Shown here one piece after another: positions 12,601 through 24,984 of a stretch of DNA of 64,000 nucleotides. Under the pieces are notes generated by a model. The model was not told the DNA's origin. It did no database searches and saw nothing but the letters and a program-made list of their open reading frames with translations. The position numbers and the translations under genes are program-made. This DNA comes from Peribolospora baueri (lineage: Eukaryota). Each line of letters opens with the position of its first letter. The first letter of the stretch is position 1. Location: contig JAMDHS010000024.1 in the NCBI GenBank assembly GCA_029717555.1, forward strand, positions 1 through 64,000, read 5' to 3'.

Positions 12601-13408
12601 TCACAGGTCGCGGAGGAGGTCGAGGACGCCCTTGAGGACCTCCTTGAGGCCGGCGATGATCTCATTGAGGTCCTTGGCGATCGGCGAGAGGACGGGGCCG
12701 ATGCCGGGGACGTTGGCGCCCAGGAGCTGTGGAAGGGAGGGAAAAAGTGTCAAGGACGGGCCTCTATTATAAGACGAACAGTTGCTCGCAACGAGAGTGC
12801 CTCCTGGGTCCGCCCCACCCATCCACCCAAGGAACTCACCTCATCGAGCACTTTCTGAAGATCGTCGAGCAAGGCATCCAACGCGGCATTCAAGTCGTCG
12901 ATGACGTTTTGACGCTTTCCGAAGGCGTCGAACCCGTCGGGAACGAAGGAGCGCCTGGTGACGTGGGTGGTGATGCCCTGGGAGGTTGATGCCCTAGGAG
13001 GCCATGCTTTCGAGCGACGAGGCGACCTGCTGTAGGGCGGCGTCGATGGCGCTGATGGGCGACTGGTAATCTGCGGCGTTCTTGTCGCCGGAGGCGGTGA
13101 GCGACTCTGAAGCGAGCAAGACATTGAATGGCGTAAAATGGTCAGACAACCTTCAGAGACGAGACGAGATGGCAAAGGGCGAAGGGAAAAGACGGCTGGG
13201 GCTCACTCTGCGCGAGAGGGCTCGCAATAGCCAAGCTGGCGGTGTTGAAGATGGCAGCGACCTGCTCCTGCACCTGGTCGGAGCCCTCTTGCCTCCCGGC
13301 GATAACGCGTTTCTGACTAGGGAGGGCGCTGGTATCAGCAAAGGGGACGATGCTGAAGAGGGGGAAGAAGCCCAGAAGGGCGAACAGGATGGCGCGAAGG
13401 CTGAACAT
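12601..13408 (-). pseudogene. Small secreted amphipathic-helix precursor with Kex2 sites, frame broken by a 16-bp duplication
   Basis: Signal peptide MFSLRAILFALLGFFPLFSIVPFA; KR/RQ sites; three exons. Exon 2 reaches TAG (plus-strand cta 12994-12996) inside a 16-bp tandem duplication, and deleting one copy restores the frame to ...GKRQNVIDDLNAALDALL...KGVLDLLRDL*. Confidence 0.6.
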
Positions 13409-15479
13409 GGCTGCGGACAAGTAGGATGTGTGTGCGGGCGAGGGAGCGGCGGCCAGTGAGGCTAGGGTAGTGGAAAGAGACGGCGGAAGGCTGGGGGAAT
13501 GAAGACGGACGAGGGGAAGGAGGGCCCTTTTTATGCTTTTCCCTTTCGCAGTGCTTCTCAGGAGCTTGGGCGAGGAAACGATGAGCGTATCTTCCGCGCA
13601 CCAATTTTCTTCATCCCCTCATCCTCGTCTTGCTTCTATTCCTGCTCGCGGTGAGGTCAAAATGCACAGCATTGGTTCGCCTCGAACTTTGGTCGAAATT
13701 TCACCGCTTCCCTCCCGCCAAGGTCGGGCATGCCGATTCCTGGCGAGATCCTCGTTTAGTCTTGCGTCGCGTCGATCGTCGCCGCCGGTTGGTTTCGACT
13801 CGAACTTGGATGAAATGAAGGAGAGGAGTGGAGAGAAAAGAGACGAGGCGCCCGTCGAACCGAGGACGCTCGCTTGAGCTCCGCCCGGCACCGCGTCTCC
13901 ACCCTGGCCGCGGAGCTGGCTGCTAGCAGGGCCGTTCCTGCTTATAGCGTTGTCGCTGGTGTCACTCGCCTCGCCTCGTTTCGCTGACAGTCCGAACATC
14001 TTCCTTCGCTCTGGGCATGAGACGAGATGAAGAAAGAAGAGGAGAGGGCGAGGGATTGCGGTTCGTGCGTGGACGCGGGTGAATCTGACCGGCCCTTGCG
14101 AAGGAGAGAAGAGAGCACGATGACCGGTCAGAAAGGAGAAAGAAACTGTGTGTCGCACCATGACCTGGTCGGAGGAGAAGGGCCTGCCTCGCCGTCGCTG
14201 GGCCATATGGGTGGGTACGAGCGCCAGCGTGTGTTGTACCGGTCTTGGTCCGTTCGTTCGTTCGGCGGAGAGCGGTGGGAGACTAGAGGGACGAAGGAAG
14301 ATCGGGGTCTAAATCACATACATACATTGCGGGTGTGCGTGCGTCCGCAATAACGAGACAGGGGGCTTAGGTGAAGTGCGGGCAGCTGCCTGTGCCATGT
14401 ACAACGGGCCATGGTTGTACATACCGAAGGGGAGAACGGGCGACAGCAGAGCACTGGTGATCAGGTGCTCCACGTTTTCAAGCCCAAACCGCATGTGGGG
14501 GGCGAGGGTTGGGGGTCCCGATCTGGCTGAGTGAGCATTGACGCCGCCCTGCATAGAAAGTTGAGAGAGAAGAAAAGGGGAAAAAAAAATGAGGGGGTGG
14601 ACGCTGTCCCACCATGCCGTCCCGGCACACCTAGCTGAGGAGGGCAAGTGAGGGACTGATGGAACGGAGAGTGAGAGCGGACCGTACAGAAAGGGAACTT
14701 GGTGGGGGAGGATGGAGTCGCAACTCACGCCGGTCGGAGACAGAGAGAAAGATGAGAGATTCGAAACTTCTGCACCAGCCATGCTGTGCGGGCGCTGCTG
14801 GACGATCGATGATGTTATGTGCTTCGAGATGGAGGGACATGTACGATGGACGGATGGAGGCGGAAGGAAACGACGGACTGACGGACGATCGACGCGCAAA
14901 TGGCCAGCCGTCAGTAAGAGCGACGTCAGAGCCGTACAGCAAGAAAATGGACGGCACACTGAATAACCCTCAGCTCGCTCCCCAGACAGACCGGACAGAT
15001 GGAAGATGGCGATCGGTATGCCAAGCAAAGTGCGGTCGGACGTCCACAGAGGAGTGAAGCAAGGAATGGACGGATGGCCCCTCGTCCGTCAATCACTGCA
15101 GGCCTAAGGCCAACCTGACCGGACTGCCGCTCCCTCACATTCGACATGCCGTCGCGCGCGCTCCATTCCCTACTTAATTTAGGGAATGGGGGTGTCGGAG
15201 AGAGCGGTCGAAGACCTCGCGCACGCATCTATTCGTAAATTAGTTCGTATCCGTGTCCGTCGTGTGGCCCGAAGTGCGAGGCCATAAAAGGACGCAACGT
15301 AGGTAGGTCTCGCGCGTGCCAGTATCTACGATAAAAAAATGGTGAACGCACCCCGCGGAGGAGTCCTAGAAGCTACTGCCATGTAAAGGACGGACAGTGC
15401 CCGTCGTCTTTCTAGCTCTAACCCCAGCACACGTTCGGCATTCGCCTTCTCGCTCCCTCCCTCGCGCGCATACACGCAT

Positions 15480-16791
15480 TCACTCCTGCTTGATCGCCTT
15501 GGCCTCCTCGCGCCCCTTCTCCTTCTTCGCCGCCTGCCGGGCGCGCAAGGCCTTGTACTGCTTGTCGGTGCCCAACAAGTGGTCCCAGTGGCGGAAAGAG
15601 GTGGAGAAGCAGTTAATGAACGCTTGGTGGTGGTAGTCGTGGTGGTCCGCGCCGGCCCAGAAGGGCAGGAAGTTGTGCAGCGACCAGGGGAAGTCTGCGA
15701 GGCCAAGTAGAGAACGCATTCCGGTTTTTCAGTCCGGAACGTCCTTCCACCCCACCCGTTCGTGCGGCTTCTCGTGCTCGGTTACTCACCATAGCCCGAG
15801 TGGGCGTCGACGGCCTGGAAGAGTCGGAGGGTGACCCAGATGTAGACGGTGACGATGTGGAGATCGCCGGTGAAGGCGCACCACAGGAACGGGCCGCCGA
15901 TGGTGCCAGCGCCGAGAATGAGCACCTCGAGCGGGTGCGCGTACTCGGCGGTGAGGCCGAAGGGCGCGCTGAACTCGTGGTGGAGCTTGTGGATGTGCTT
16001 GTAGAGCGGGCCCCAGTGGAGGGCGCGGTGGGCGAAGTAGTGGAACATGTCCTCGAAGAGGAAGAAGATGACGATGTGGCCGACCATCTTCTGCCACGAC
16101 GGGAACGGCACCTCGTGCGTTGTCAGACCGAGATACTCGCAGATCGGGTGGAAGCCCCAGATCTGGGGCAGCTCGACGGTAAAGTGGGTGAGGAGGACGT
16201 AGCGCGTGCACGCCCATTGCTGCGCCGCCGTGGGGATTTTTTGCTATCGTAAAGAAACGGCAAGGAGCGACGAGAGGGGCGAGGGGCGCGGTTCAGCGAG
16301 TGAACGCGCATGAACGAGAAGCAGCGCCGCGGCGCGCCTCGGACTCACGTCTTGGAGCTTCCATCGGCGGAAGTAGGGAATGGCGTCGATGATCATCCAC
16401 GGCAGGCATCGGCCAAAGTAGACAACCTGACAAACGGGGACGGAGAAAGGGCATGGGCGTTAAAAGGACGGACGGGCGCGGCGCCATCGGCGTATGCGAC
16501 CCGTGCCGGGCAGGGAGCGGAGAACGAACTGGACAGCGGGCCGCCTGGACTGACCTCGTGGAGAAGAAAGCTCATGACGCCGGTGGCGATGACGGGGTTG
16601 CCCCAGTAGAGGTACCACTGTACCCACCACGTCTCGAACACGTTGAGGCTGGCGTAGTCGATGCCGGCGTAGAGCTCGGCGGTGGGGGTGGAGTCGGCGC
16701 CGGTGAAGAAGTCGGCGACGCCGGCGAGCACGGCGTTGCTGGTGCCGTTGAGGGCGCCGAGGGCGGGGAAAGAGGAGGAGAGGTAGTCCAT
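15480..16791 (-). CDS. ERG25: C-4 methylsterol oxidase, multi-exon
   Basis: [11 protein letters not shown]; His boxes [14 protein letters not shown] and [26 protein letters not shown]. Confidence 0.95.
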
Positions 16792-17189
16792 GGCGGCGGC
16801 GGGGGTGGTGGAGTGGAGGAAGGTGACCGTCTTCCCGTCGCCGTCTGTCTATCTGTCTATATACTGTACTTTAAGGCTGGAGCCGCTGTGCGAGTCGGAT
16901 TCGCTCTCCCGCCGTGTTCCAAAATTCGCTTCCCTCGGAAGTCTCTCTCCTGGGCCATGCAGGCAGCGGGTTGAAATTTCCATTACAACCTTTCTATTCA
17001 CCATTTCAACATCGTCCTTTTTCTCCGACCACAGCGTCGGCCTCTCGGAGTCGGCTGCTCGGCCGCCAACCGACTGCGGCTCAAGATTTGGGGCGCACGT
17101 GACACATGCGCTCGACGAAATCCATCAGACCGACGCTGGAAAGAAAGAAGAGACAGAAAGAGCAGTCGTTCAACTCGGTGCTCGCCGCG

Positions 17190-20100
17190 ATGCCCAGGAC
17201 GACGTCGAGAAAGAAGAAGGAGAAGGCAGCCGATTTCGCGGTGGGTGCTCCTGCTCTGCTCCTGCCCGCCCGTCGTCCGCCGGCACGTCTGATTCCCGCT
17301 GCGTGGTCATCGCTGCGTGACCATCACCGGCGCTCTCTTGCTCTTGTAGAAAGCGAAACTCAAGCTCGGCAAGGGCAAGGCTGCCGCCTCCAATGCGACA
17401 GACACCTCCTTCAAGGCCAAGGGTGGGTCCTCTGCTCACACTCGCGCGAGCTCCTGCTCTCCGTTTCGTCGCCGTGCTCAACTCGTCGTCCCCCCACGCC
17501 TCGCCTCTCAAAAGGCATCGCTCTCCCTTCCCAGAGCATCAACGTCGACCGCTCCGCAGCTCCGACCACCAAGCGCAATCTCACACTCAACGACCTCGTC
17601 ACCCAGCTGCGACACTACAATGCCTCCGTGCGCAAAGGTGCGCTGCTCACGGACGGCTGCCCGCCCGAGTCCGGGCCGAGATCGAGCGAGCGAGCGAGGA
17701 CGCCGTTCTAAAGTCCTTTCCCTCTACCTCCCGCACAGATGCCATACTCGGCCTCCGAGAGCTACTGGGACAGCATCCAGAGCTGGTCGACCAGTCCCTC
17801 GGCACAGTCTTCAACAACGGTGTTCGTCTGATCGGAGACGAAGTGAGTCACCATGTTGAAGCACTTCCTTCTCTCTTTCATCGTCCCCTCACGCTCTCCT
17901 TTGGTGTTCTGTCTCAGGACCAAGCCGTCCGCCGGGCTCTGCTCAGCTTCTTTGCCTGGCTCCTCCCCTTGGTTGCCCCTGTAAGCTCTCATCGGACCTT
18001 CGTCGTGCTCCGGGTCCCCCATCGCTCATCGTGTTCCTTTTCCGTGCGTTGCCCCTCTCAGTCCGATCTCGCCCCCTTCAACAATCTCCTTCTCCTCTTC
18101 ATCACATCCTCCCTCTCCCACATCTTCCCCGAGATCCGTTTCGAGGCCGTCCGCTTCTTAGATCTCTTGCTCGAGCATATTCCCGAGGCCGTCGTCGAGG
18201 GTTGGGACCCTTCCGTGATGGGCCATGGCCAGCGCTCGGAAGGGGACCTTGAAGGTACCAGTGGCGGCGCCGAGGGGAACGGCCAACAGAGCCACGGACG
18301 ACGGGTCATGGCGTGCTACATGTCCTTGCTCGGCATTAGCGAACGGCAAAGTCAAAGCGGAGGTGAGCGAGTGGGAGTTGCGACCTCTTCAGAGCCCCAT
18401 GTCCACCGTGCGCTGACGTCGTCTCCGTGACCGGTCCTCTTGCCCCAGTCTCTGTTTCTTCAAATGCCAATCTGCCACCAGCGGTGCGCGTTCGCTCTTG
18501 TTCGAGATCTCTCCCATCGTTTCGTCACCTCGTCTGACTCTTTCTTCCTCCTTCGTCCCGTCTTCTCAGGCCAAGCTCCTGGTCTTCAACTCTCTCTCCA
18601 CCTTTGTTGGCGTCGCTTCGGAAGGGACCGGCGCCAACTATCGCGAATCCTTCGAGTCGTCCGGCTCATCCTCGGCCCAAGCGGGCTCTTCTCGGTTCCC
18701 CACGTGGTTGTTCGAGTCGTCCTTCACTCATGCCACTGACTACGAGTCCTTTCGTCGATGCCTTAGCCACGGCAATCCGCCTACATTCTCGCCGGCCGAA
18801 GACATGGACCGGCCCCAGACGTTCGCTTGGCGTCCGACGATAGACGGGTCGGGCATGGAGACGTCTACTTCTATGCTTGTCGAGGAGGAAGACTTCCGAG
18901 GCGACTTTTCGGCCGCCGACATGCGGCGGTGGGTCGGACGAGGTGTGTCGTTGGCAGACTTGGAAGGCGCACCGGATAAGGTGCTGGCTCTCCTCAAGAG
19001 CCGAACGAGCGGAACCGGCTCGGGCAAGGCGAAGGAGGAAATGGATGTTGGTTCCGGTGGCGTATTGGTAAGCGTCGCCCGGCTTAAGAGCGGCGGGATC
19101 GTCCGTGTTCACCTTCGGTCTGCGTCTGGCCTTCGTCTTCATTGCAGGGTCTCGCCCACCAAATCCACCCTCTCCTCCTCTCCACCTTCCTAGATGCCGC
19201 CCCTTCCGTCTTCTCGCCTTCTTTGTCCGATAGCGTCGCGGCGACCGCCTCCAGCGCCGCTGGACGAGCGGTAGCGAACGCCAACGCGTCGTCTTCCATG
19301 TCCGCGGCAGAAGTGAACCTCGGCCTTGTTTGTGCAGTGGGACGGATCGCACGGACGATGTGGAGGGCGGCGAGTAGGGTACGGTCGCCTTGGGCGACAG
19401 ACAAGGTGAGTCTTTCCGTCCGGTCCTTTTGCCCCGTATTTCAGGCCGTAGATGACACGATGGCCATTTTGTTTTCGACCGATTGTCAAAGGAACACTTG
19501 CGCCCCCTGCTTACCGCCATGGCGGCATACTTCCCCTTCGGAGCGGACGACCGGAGACGAGACGTGAAGGTAAGCGGAGCGTCACGCCGGTCCGTGGGAA
19601 GCGCGTTGGTCGCTCAATGTCGCCATTCCCGCCTCCCTTCCTCAGTCAGACCAGGCTCTCCGGGCGTTGAACCTCGCCTATTGCGAGCTCGTGGCGCTTT
19701 ACGCCATCGCCTCCGAAGCCCAGTCGACGACCACGACGAGACGCAAGACGTCCGCGAGAGGGCACGAACCGGATGGTGCGCTCTCAGTGCAGCTGGAGAG
19801 GGTCAGCGGATACGTGGTAAAAGCTCTGCGAGGCGAGGTGAGATGTCGCTTTCGGTGTCGCGCTCTAGGTTTCGCCCGTCGTCGGTGGCGTCCGCTCACG
19901 GCACTTGTTCTTTCTCCTTGACCCGGCCGTGCAGCTTACCTCTCGGTCAGAACCGATGGGAGCCCAGCTGACCGCTGAAGTGTACGAGGGACTTCTCCCG
20001 ACGATCTGGTGTCTCGTCCAACGCCAGGGGGGCGCGGGCGACGAAGTCATCGAGGCTGTCGTGGCGCAATTCTCCCGAGCTAGCGCGGGCTCGGCCGCCA

Positions 20101-20948
20101 AGGGAGTGGGCTTCGAGCTTGTCGCTCGGTTGTGTGTGGTGGGTTGTGCTGCTCCTGCTCGCCTGGCGAAAGCGACCGCGCTCCGATCCCTGACCGTTGC
20201 CCGGTGCGGCGTCTCATATCGTCATGATCCTTTCGCGAACCCGACAGCTTCAACAGTTCCCTTCCTACCAGGGCGCCTTTCGGATACGACCTTCGTCGCC
20301 GTTCAGAGACGATCTTCGCGCCTGGCTTCTCTCCTTGCCGAGGATGCTATGGGAGCTGGGCAGCAACCATTTGGAAGCGACCGAGGTGCGTGGCGTGGGG
20401 AAGCTCGTCTAGTTTTTGGCTTCTTTTCCGTTCACTCCGTCGCCCCTTCGTGCTCGCATTGATTGGCGCCCTCGTTCGAATTCGCTCTTCGCAGCGCGTG
20501 CTCGACTTGCTCCTCCGCGTAGCATCTGGCGATCTGCACGCCGTCTTTGGCCCAGACGTGAGTACTGCATTCAGACAGACGCCCCGCATGGCCGGCTGAC
20601 GCTCACTCACCTCCCGCGCCCACCGTCGGGCCCACACTTTTTTTTATTCAGGCTCTCGACGCCCTCCAGCCCTCGTTGGCGCCGTTCTTTCACATCCGCC
20701 ACCCGACCCGAGGCTCGATCCACGGCCCATTCGTACGCCTGCCGGCCCGACTGCAGCGACGAGCACTCGACGTCGTCTTCTACCTCCGCCCACTCGTCCC
20801 CGCCCTGCAGACCGCCGTGGACGCGGCGGTGTCCAGGGCGCGGGAAGGAGAGGAGGCACCGCTGACGACCGAAGACGGAGACGACCAGGTGGCGCGGCGG
20901 GCGTCCGCCTTTGGCATTGCGCGCCACGCCTTCTTAGCCGCGGCCTGA
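17190..20948 (+). CDS. IPI1: Pre-rRNA processing protein Ipi1 (Rix1 complex; TEX10 family), multi-exon
   Basis: MPRTTSRKKKEKAADFA|KAKLKLGKGK...NATDTSFKAK; LRHYNASVRK; SHIFPEIRFEAVRFLDLLLE; C-terminal GPFVRLP...ALDVVFY. Internal exon boundaries are approximate. Confidence 0.88.
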
Positions 20949-21365
20949 TCCGGTTTTTTTGTCTTTCTTTCGCCTCGCGCCTCGCGCGCTTTTTTCTTTC
21001 TTTGTAAAAGCTTGCTGGGGGGGGGATGCGACGGAACTTGGGGGGAGGGACTTTTTTTTTTTTTTTTCGAATCGATTTGCTAAAAAGGCAAGTGAAGACG
21101 AGATGGGGGGTGGGGGTGATCAGATGAGAGTGGGAGTGGGAATGGAATCGGTGACGGTTGGGGTGAATGAAGCGTCCGCGGCGTACGTGTGATGACTCGG
21201 GATGGATGGATGGTTGTAGCATGAATGTGAAGACGTGATGGAACACGAGACCGACTAAAGTAGCAAGATCAAGACCAAGACCCACAGACAGAGGGAGAAA
21301 GAGAGAGAGAGGGAGAAAGTGAAAGAAAGAAAAAAAAGAAAGAAAGAAACACGGGAAAGCGCGAA

Positions 21366-24056
21366 TCAAGAACCGTGACGGGGATTGGATTGGAGTGTCT
21401 CGGACAAGCCAATAGAGAGACCAATGATCAGGCTGAGGAGGAGAACGACGAGGAGGGCGACGATACCACCGACCCACCGGAGCCGCCTCCTCCTCCCTTC
21501 CTCCGCGGCAGCCCCGAACGTGCTCTTCCGCGCGCCCCTCCTCCTTGCGCGCACATCGACGCCGCCGACACCGCCGACGCCGACGTCTGCGTCCGCGTCT
21601 TCTCCGCGAGCGCGTGAGGGAGGAAGGTCGGGCAACGCCCTTTCCGTCAAATCCACCCACGCGACACCCGGCCTCGGCGTCGCGCCAGATGCGACTCCGA
21701 CGGCGTCCCCGTCGTCGTCATCTTCATCTCCATAGCCGTACCCGTAGCCGTGGCCGTGGCTGTCGTGCCGTCCGTAGCTCTGCCGCTTATGACGCCGCCG
21801 GTCGACGACGACGACGACGTCGGGAGCCACCGCATCCTCTCCCTCGCCGTGGCCCCGGCCCTGACCGTGGTAGTGGCCGTGGCTGGGAAGCCAGACGGTC
21901 TTCTCGTCCAACTCGTTAAAGCTACTGGCCAAATCTTCGGCGCTCGAGCCTTTGCTCCAGTGGCTCGCGAGCGCCGCACCGCCGCCGCCTTCAACCCCGC
22001 TGTTGCCGGCGTCATACAGGGGCGGGAAGGGAGGAGCGGGATCGGAGGCGCTTATGTGCGTACGCACATGGTGGGCAAAGAAAGTGGCCTGTGGACGAGG
22101 CGAGGTGCGGGCGTAAGTGCGATACGCCTCGATGGCCGCGGCGCCAGCCTTCCTAGTCGTTCCGACCGCACGTCCACCTCCGCGTCCGCCTCCGTCGCTG
22201 CCGCTGCTGCCAGAGTCGTTATGGAAAGACGTACCGCCGCCGCCGCCGAACAAGCCGAGTTCGGTGAGGGAGGCGATGGCGAGGCTCTGCATGCTCTGCC
22301 GTGCGCCCTTCATCCAGTCGGGAAGCCAAGGGGGATGGGAGGGAAGAAGAAGCGGGTCAGCGGGGAGGGCTTCTGAGGAGGGATAGGCGCTGTACAGACT
22401 GCCTGGTGGTGGGCGCGGCCCACCACCGGGCGGGTGCGGGTCGGCCTGGCTCTCGAGCTTGACGGCGAGGCGGTCGGCACGAAAGATGAGGTCAGGAAGG
22501 GCCATTCTACGTTCCTCCTCCTCGACGCGAGGGTCGATGGCTAACCTGCGTCTCATCACGTCGTTCCACGGGCCTCTCAAGACGCCGATGCGGGAGCGGG
22601 AGCGGCTGGACCGGACGCTCCGGGTGCCCGTGCCTGTCCTCCCGCTAAACGTCGTCCCCACGCTCGTCCTCCCGCTCACGCCGACCGGAAGCGGGGGCAA
22701 GTCCTTTGCGGCGACGCCCCAACCGAAAACAAAAGGGAAGGGACTGGACCGACCAGAGAAAAAGAGGCCGCCGCCGTTGGACGACCTTGTCTTGCGACTG
22801 CTCTTCGTACTCCGTGATGACCGACTCGCCGTGCTGTTTCGTTTGCTGTCGTTGGACGGAGCGGCGGCAGCAGCGGAGGAAGAAGGAGCTCGGGACGCGG
22901 TACGGCCGCCCCGACGAGCGGCGGCGGCGTACTCGGGTCGGACGGCTCGGCGATGGAGGAGGCGGGCCTCGTCGTGGTCGTAGCCTTGATCGCCGGCGTC
23001 GTCGTGGTCGTCGTCGTCCTTCTCCTCCCAGATGAGGTCGACTCGCCGCCGACCGACATCTGATCCATCACCACGACCACGACCACCATCCTCGTCCGAG
23101 GGCGTCGCATGCTGTGCGTACATCTCAGCGATTCCCTCAGTGTCAGTGACGGCGACGGAAACGGAGGCGCTCGAGTCTGGCTCCTCGGCTGGCCAAGGGA
23201 AAGCGGTATGAACGGGGCTTGGGAGGAAAGGCGAAGGAGGGCCGGAGCGTGGGCCGCCGCGGGAGGAAGCACGGCTGGGGGGACGGGGCAGAGTGAAGTG
23301 AAGAGAGAGGGGACTGCTGCTGCTGTTGCCATCGCAAGCCGGCGAGGCTTCCAACGCCATCCCTCGCCGGCTTGCGATGGCGCCAACGTCGTCGTCATCG
23401 TCGTCGCCATCGCCGTAGTCGTCGTGATGAGGTGCGCTGACGGTGCCAAAGCTGCCATGGACGGGAGTGAGCGGCACGAATCCGGTATAGACATCGGCGA
23501 ATGAACCAGTTTGGTGAAGGAGGGGCCGAGAGGGGTGACGTGGCACGATATCCGAGTCGGTCCGCGCGACGACGCTCGACGTAGGAGTAGGAGGGAGATG
23601 GAGCGACGGCGGCGGTCGTCGACCTGGAGCTGTATCTCTGTTCTCCCCGGAAGCGACGAGATGGAGACGGGGCTGGGCCGCCCGTCGCGCCTCGTCGACG
23701 GTTGTGCCGGGTGATGGTGGGAGGTGCGAAGGCGGGAGAGGGAAGGACAAGGAATCGGTAGAAGCGGGCGCAGGAGCAGGAGCGGGCGTGGGCGTGGGCG
23801 TACTAGTACTGGGACCGGCGCTGGTCGTTGTCCAATACGGAGCGCGGTGAGCCCAGGTGACGGTGGGAGGAGCGTCGGAGCGCAAGGCGATGGCAGAAGT
23901 GTGTCGTACGCGGACGGCGTCAGTGACGACGACGCCGACGCTGGTGTCCAACTCGGTCGACCCTCGCTCGCTCTGTCCTTCGCTGCGGGCTGCCGAGTAG
24001 GTGCTGGAAGCAAAGGTGCTCGAAGGACGCGAGGAGGGGTCGTACGAGCTTGCCAT
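21366..24056 (-). CDS. Uncharacterised disordered protein with a single C-terminal transmembrane helix
   Basis: Uninterrupted ORF with likely start MASSYDPSS at 24056. S/P/G-rich; short helical segment LPDLIFRADRLAVKLE; RRRRLRWVGGIVALLVVLLLSLIIGLSIGL near the end. Confidence 0.75.
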   Translation of the reverse strand: MASSYDPSSRPSSTFASSTYSAARSEGQSERGSTELDTSVGVVVTDAVRVRHTSAIALRSDAPPTVTWAHRAPYWTTTSAGPSTSTPTPTPAPAPAPASTDSLSFPLPPSHLPPSPGTTVDEARRAAQPRLHLVASGENRDTAPGRRPPPSLHLPPTPTSSVVARTDSDIVPRHPSRPLLHQTGSFADVYTGFVPLTPVHGSFGTVSAPHHDDYGDGDDDDDDVGAIASRRGMALEASPACDGNSSSSPLSLHFTLPRPPSRASSRGGPRSGPPSPFLPSPVHTAFPWPAEEPDSSASVSVAVTDTEGIAEMYAQHATPSDEDGGRGRGDGSDVGRRRVDLIWEEKDDDDHDDAGDQGYDHDEARLLHRRAVRPEYAAAARRGGRTASRAPSSSAAAAAPSNDSKRNSTASRSSRSTKSSRKTRSSNGGGLFFSGRSSPFPFVFGWGVAAKDLPPLPVGVSGRTSVGTTFSGRTGTGTRSVRSSRSRSRIGVLRGPWNDVMRRRLAIDPRVEEEERRMALPDLIFRADRLAVKLESQADPHPPGGGPRPPPGSLYSAYPSSEALPADPLLLPSHPPWLPDWMKGARQSMQSLAIASLTELGLFGGGGGTSFHNDSGSSGSDGGGRGGGRAVGTTRKAGAAAIEAYRTYARTSPRPQATFFAHHVRTHISASDPAPPFPPLYDAGNSGVEGGGGAALASHWSKGSSAEDLASSFNELDEKTVWLPSHGHYHGQGRGHGEGEDAVAPDVVVVVDRRRHKRQSYGRHDSHGHGYGYGYGDEDDDDGDAVGVASGATPRPGVAWVDLTERALPDLPPSRARGEDADADVGVGGVGGVDVRARRRGARKSTFGAAAEEGRRRRLRWVGGIVALLVVLLLSLIIGLSIGLSETLQSNPRHGS

Positions 24057-24408
24057 CTGTGACGGACAGGCCGCCGTGGGCTCTTGCTCGTCTTTTTTCT
24101 TTTTATTTTTCGTAGAGGGCCAAGAACGAGGGTAGGAGGGGGAGGTGCATGCGAAGAGAGCGACGGTGTGAAGGAGCGTGGGGGAGAAAGGAGTGTGGGG
24201 GAAGAGGACGAGGAAGAGAGCACGGGTTCTGGCGAGGAAGATGGAGGTGGGAGGAGGAAGCAACGGGAGGAGGAGGAGGATAAGGAGGATAAGGATGCAT
24301 GGTCGAGGATTGCGATGGGATGCAAGGCAAAGAAAAAGAAAGAAGGAGGCTTGTTAGATTGTTAGCGGAGGCCAGCGAGCGGGTTAGCAAGCAGGCAAGC
24401 GGGAGGCG

Positions 24409-24409
<1 letters not shown>

Positions 24410-24440
<31 letters not shown>
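24410..24440 (+). repeat. (CTG)n trinucleotide microsatellite
   Basis: About 10 consecutive CTG units upstream of the 21366-24056 gene. Confidence 0.85.
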
Positions 24441-24441
<1 letters not shown>

Positions 24442-24984
24442 GCCAGCCTCGTCCTGCACGTTATCGCTCCGTTGCAGGCGGCTCGAGCGAGCGAGCGAGA
24501 GAGAGAGCGAGAAAGAAAGTGAGAAAGAGACGGTCGAAGCGGAGCGGGAGCGGAAAGCGACCCGTCTACCTCCCCTCTCCTCCTCTTTCCTCATCCCAAT
24601 CCAAACCAAACCAAGCCATCGCAAGCCAGCATTCCTTCTGCCTGTCAACCCCTCGCACGAACCTGATCCAGCGCTACTGCACGCACTTTTTCCCCCGCAT
24701 CGGCATCGCACGTGACCCGCGAGCCACACTCCCACGGAGATGGACGGACGGACGGGCGGACAGACAGACGGACAGACAGACACAGACAAACGAACGAACG
24801 AGACAGCGAGCGACCAAATCGATCATTTCTTCATTCTGTCGTCAGTCATCAGATCCTCCTCCTTCCCTCTAAATAAAGATGATGAAAAAGAAAAGAAAAA
24901 AAAAAAAAACGGATAGGACCAGTCGAGCCGAGTCGCGCCCGCCTCGCTTCTTGGCCCTTCTACGCACCCCTCCTTCTCCTTCCT

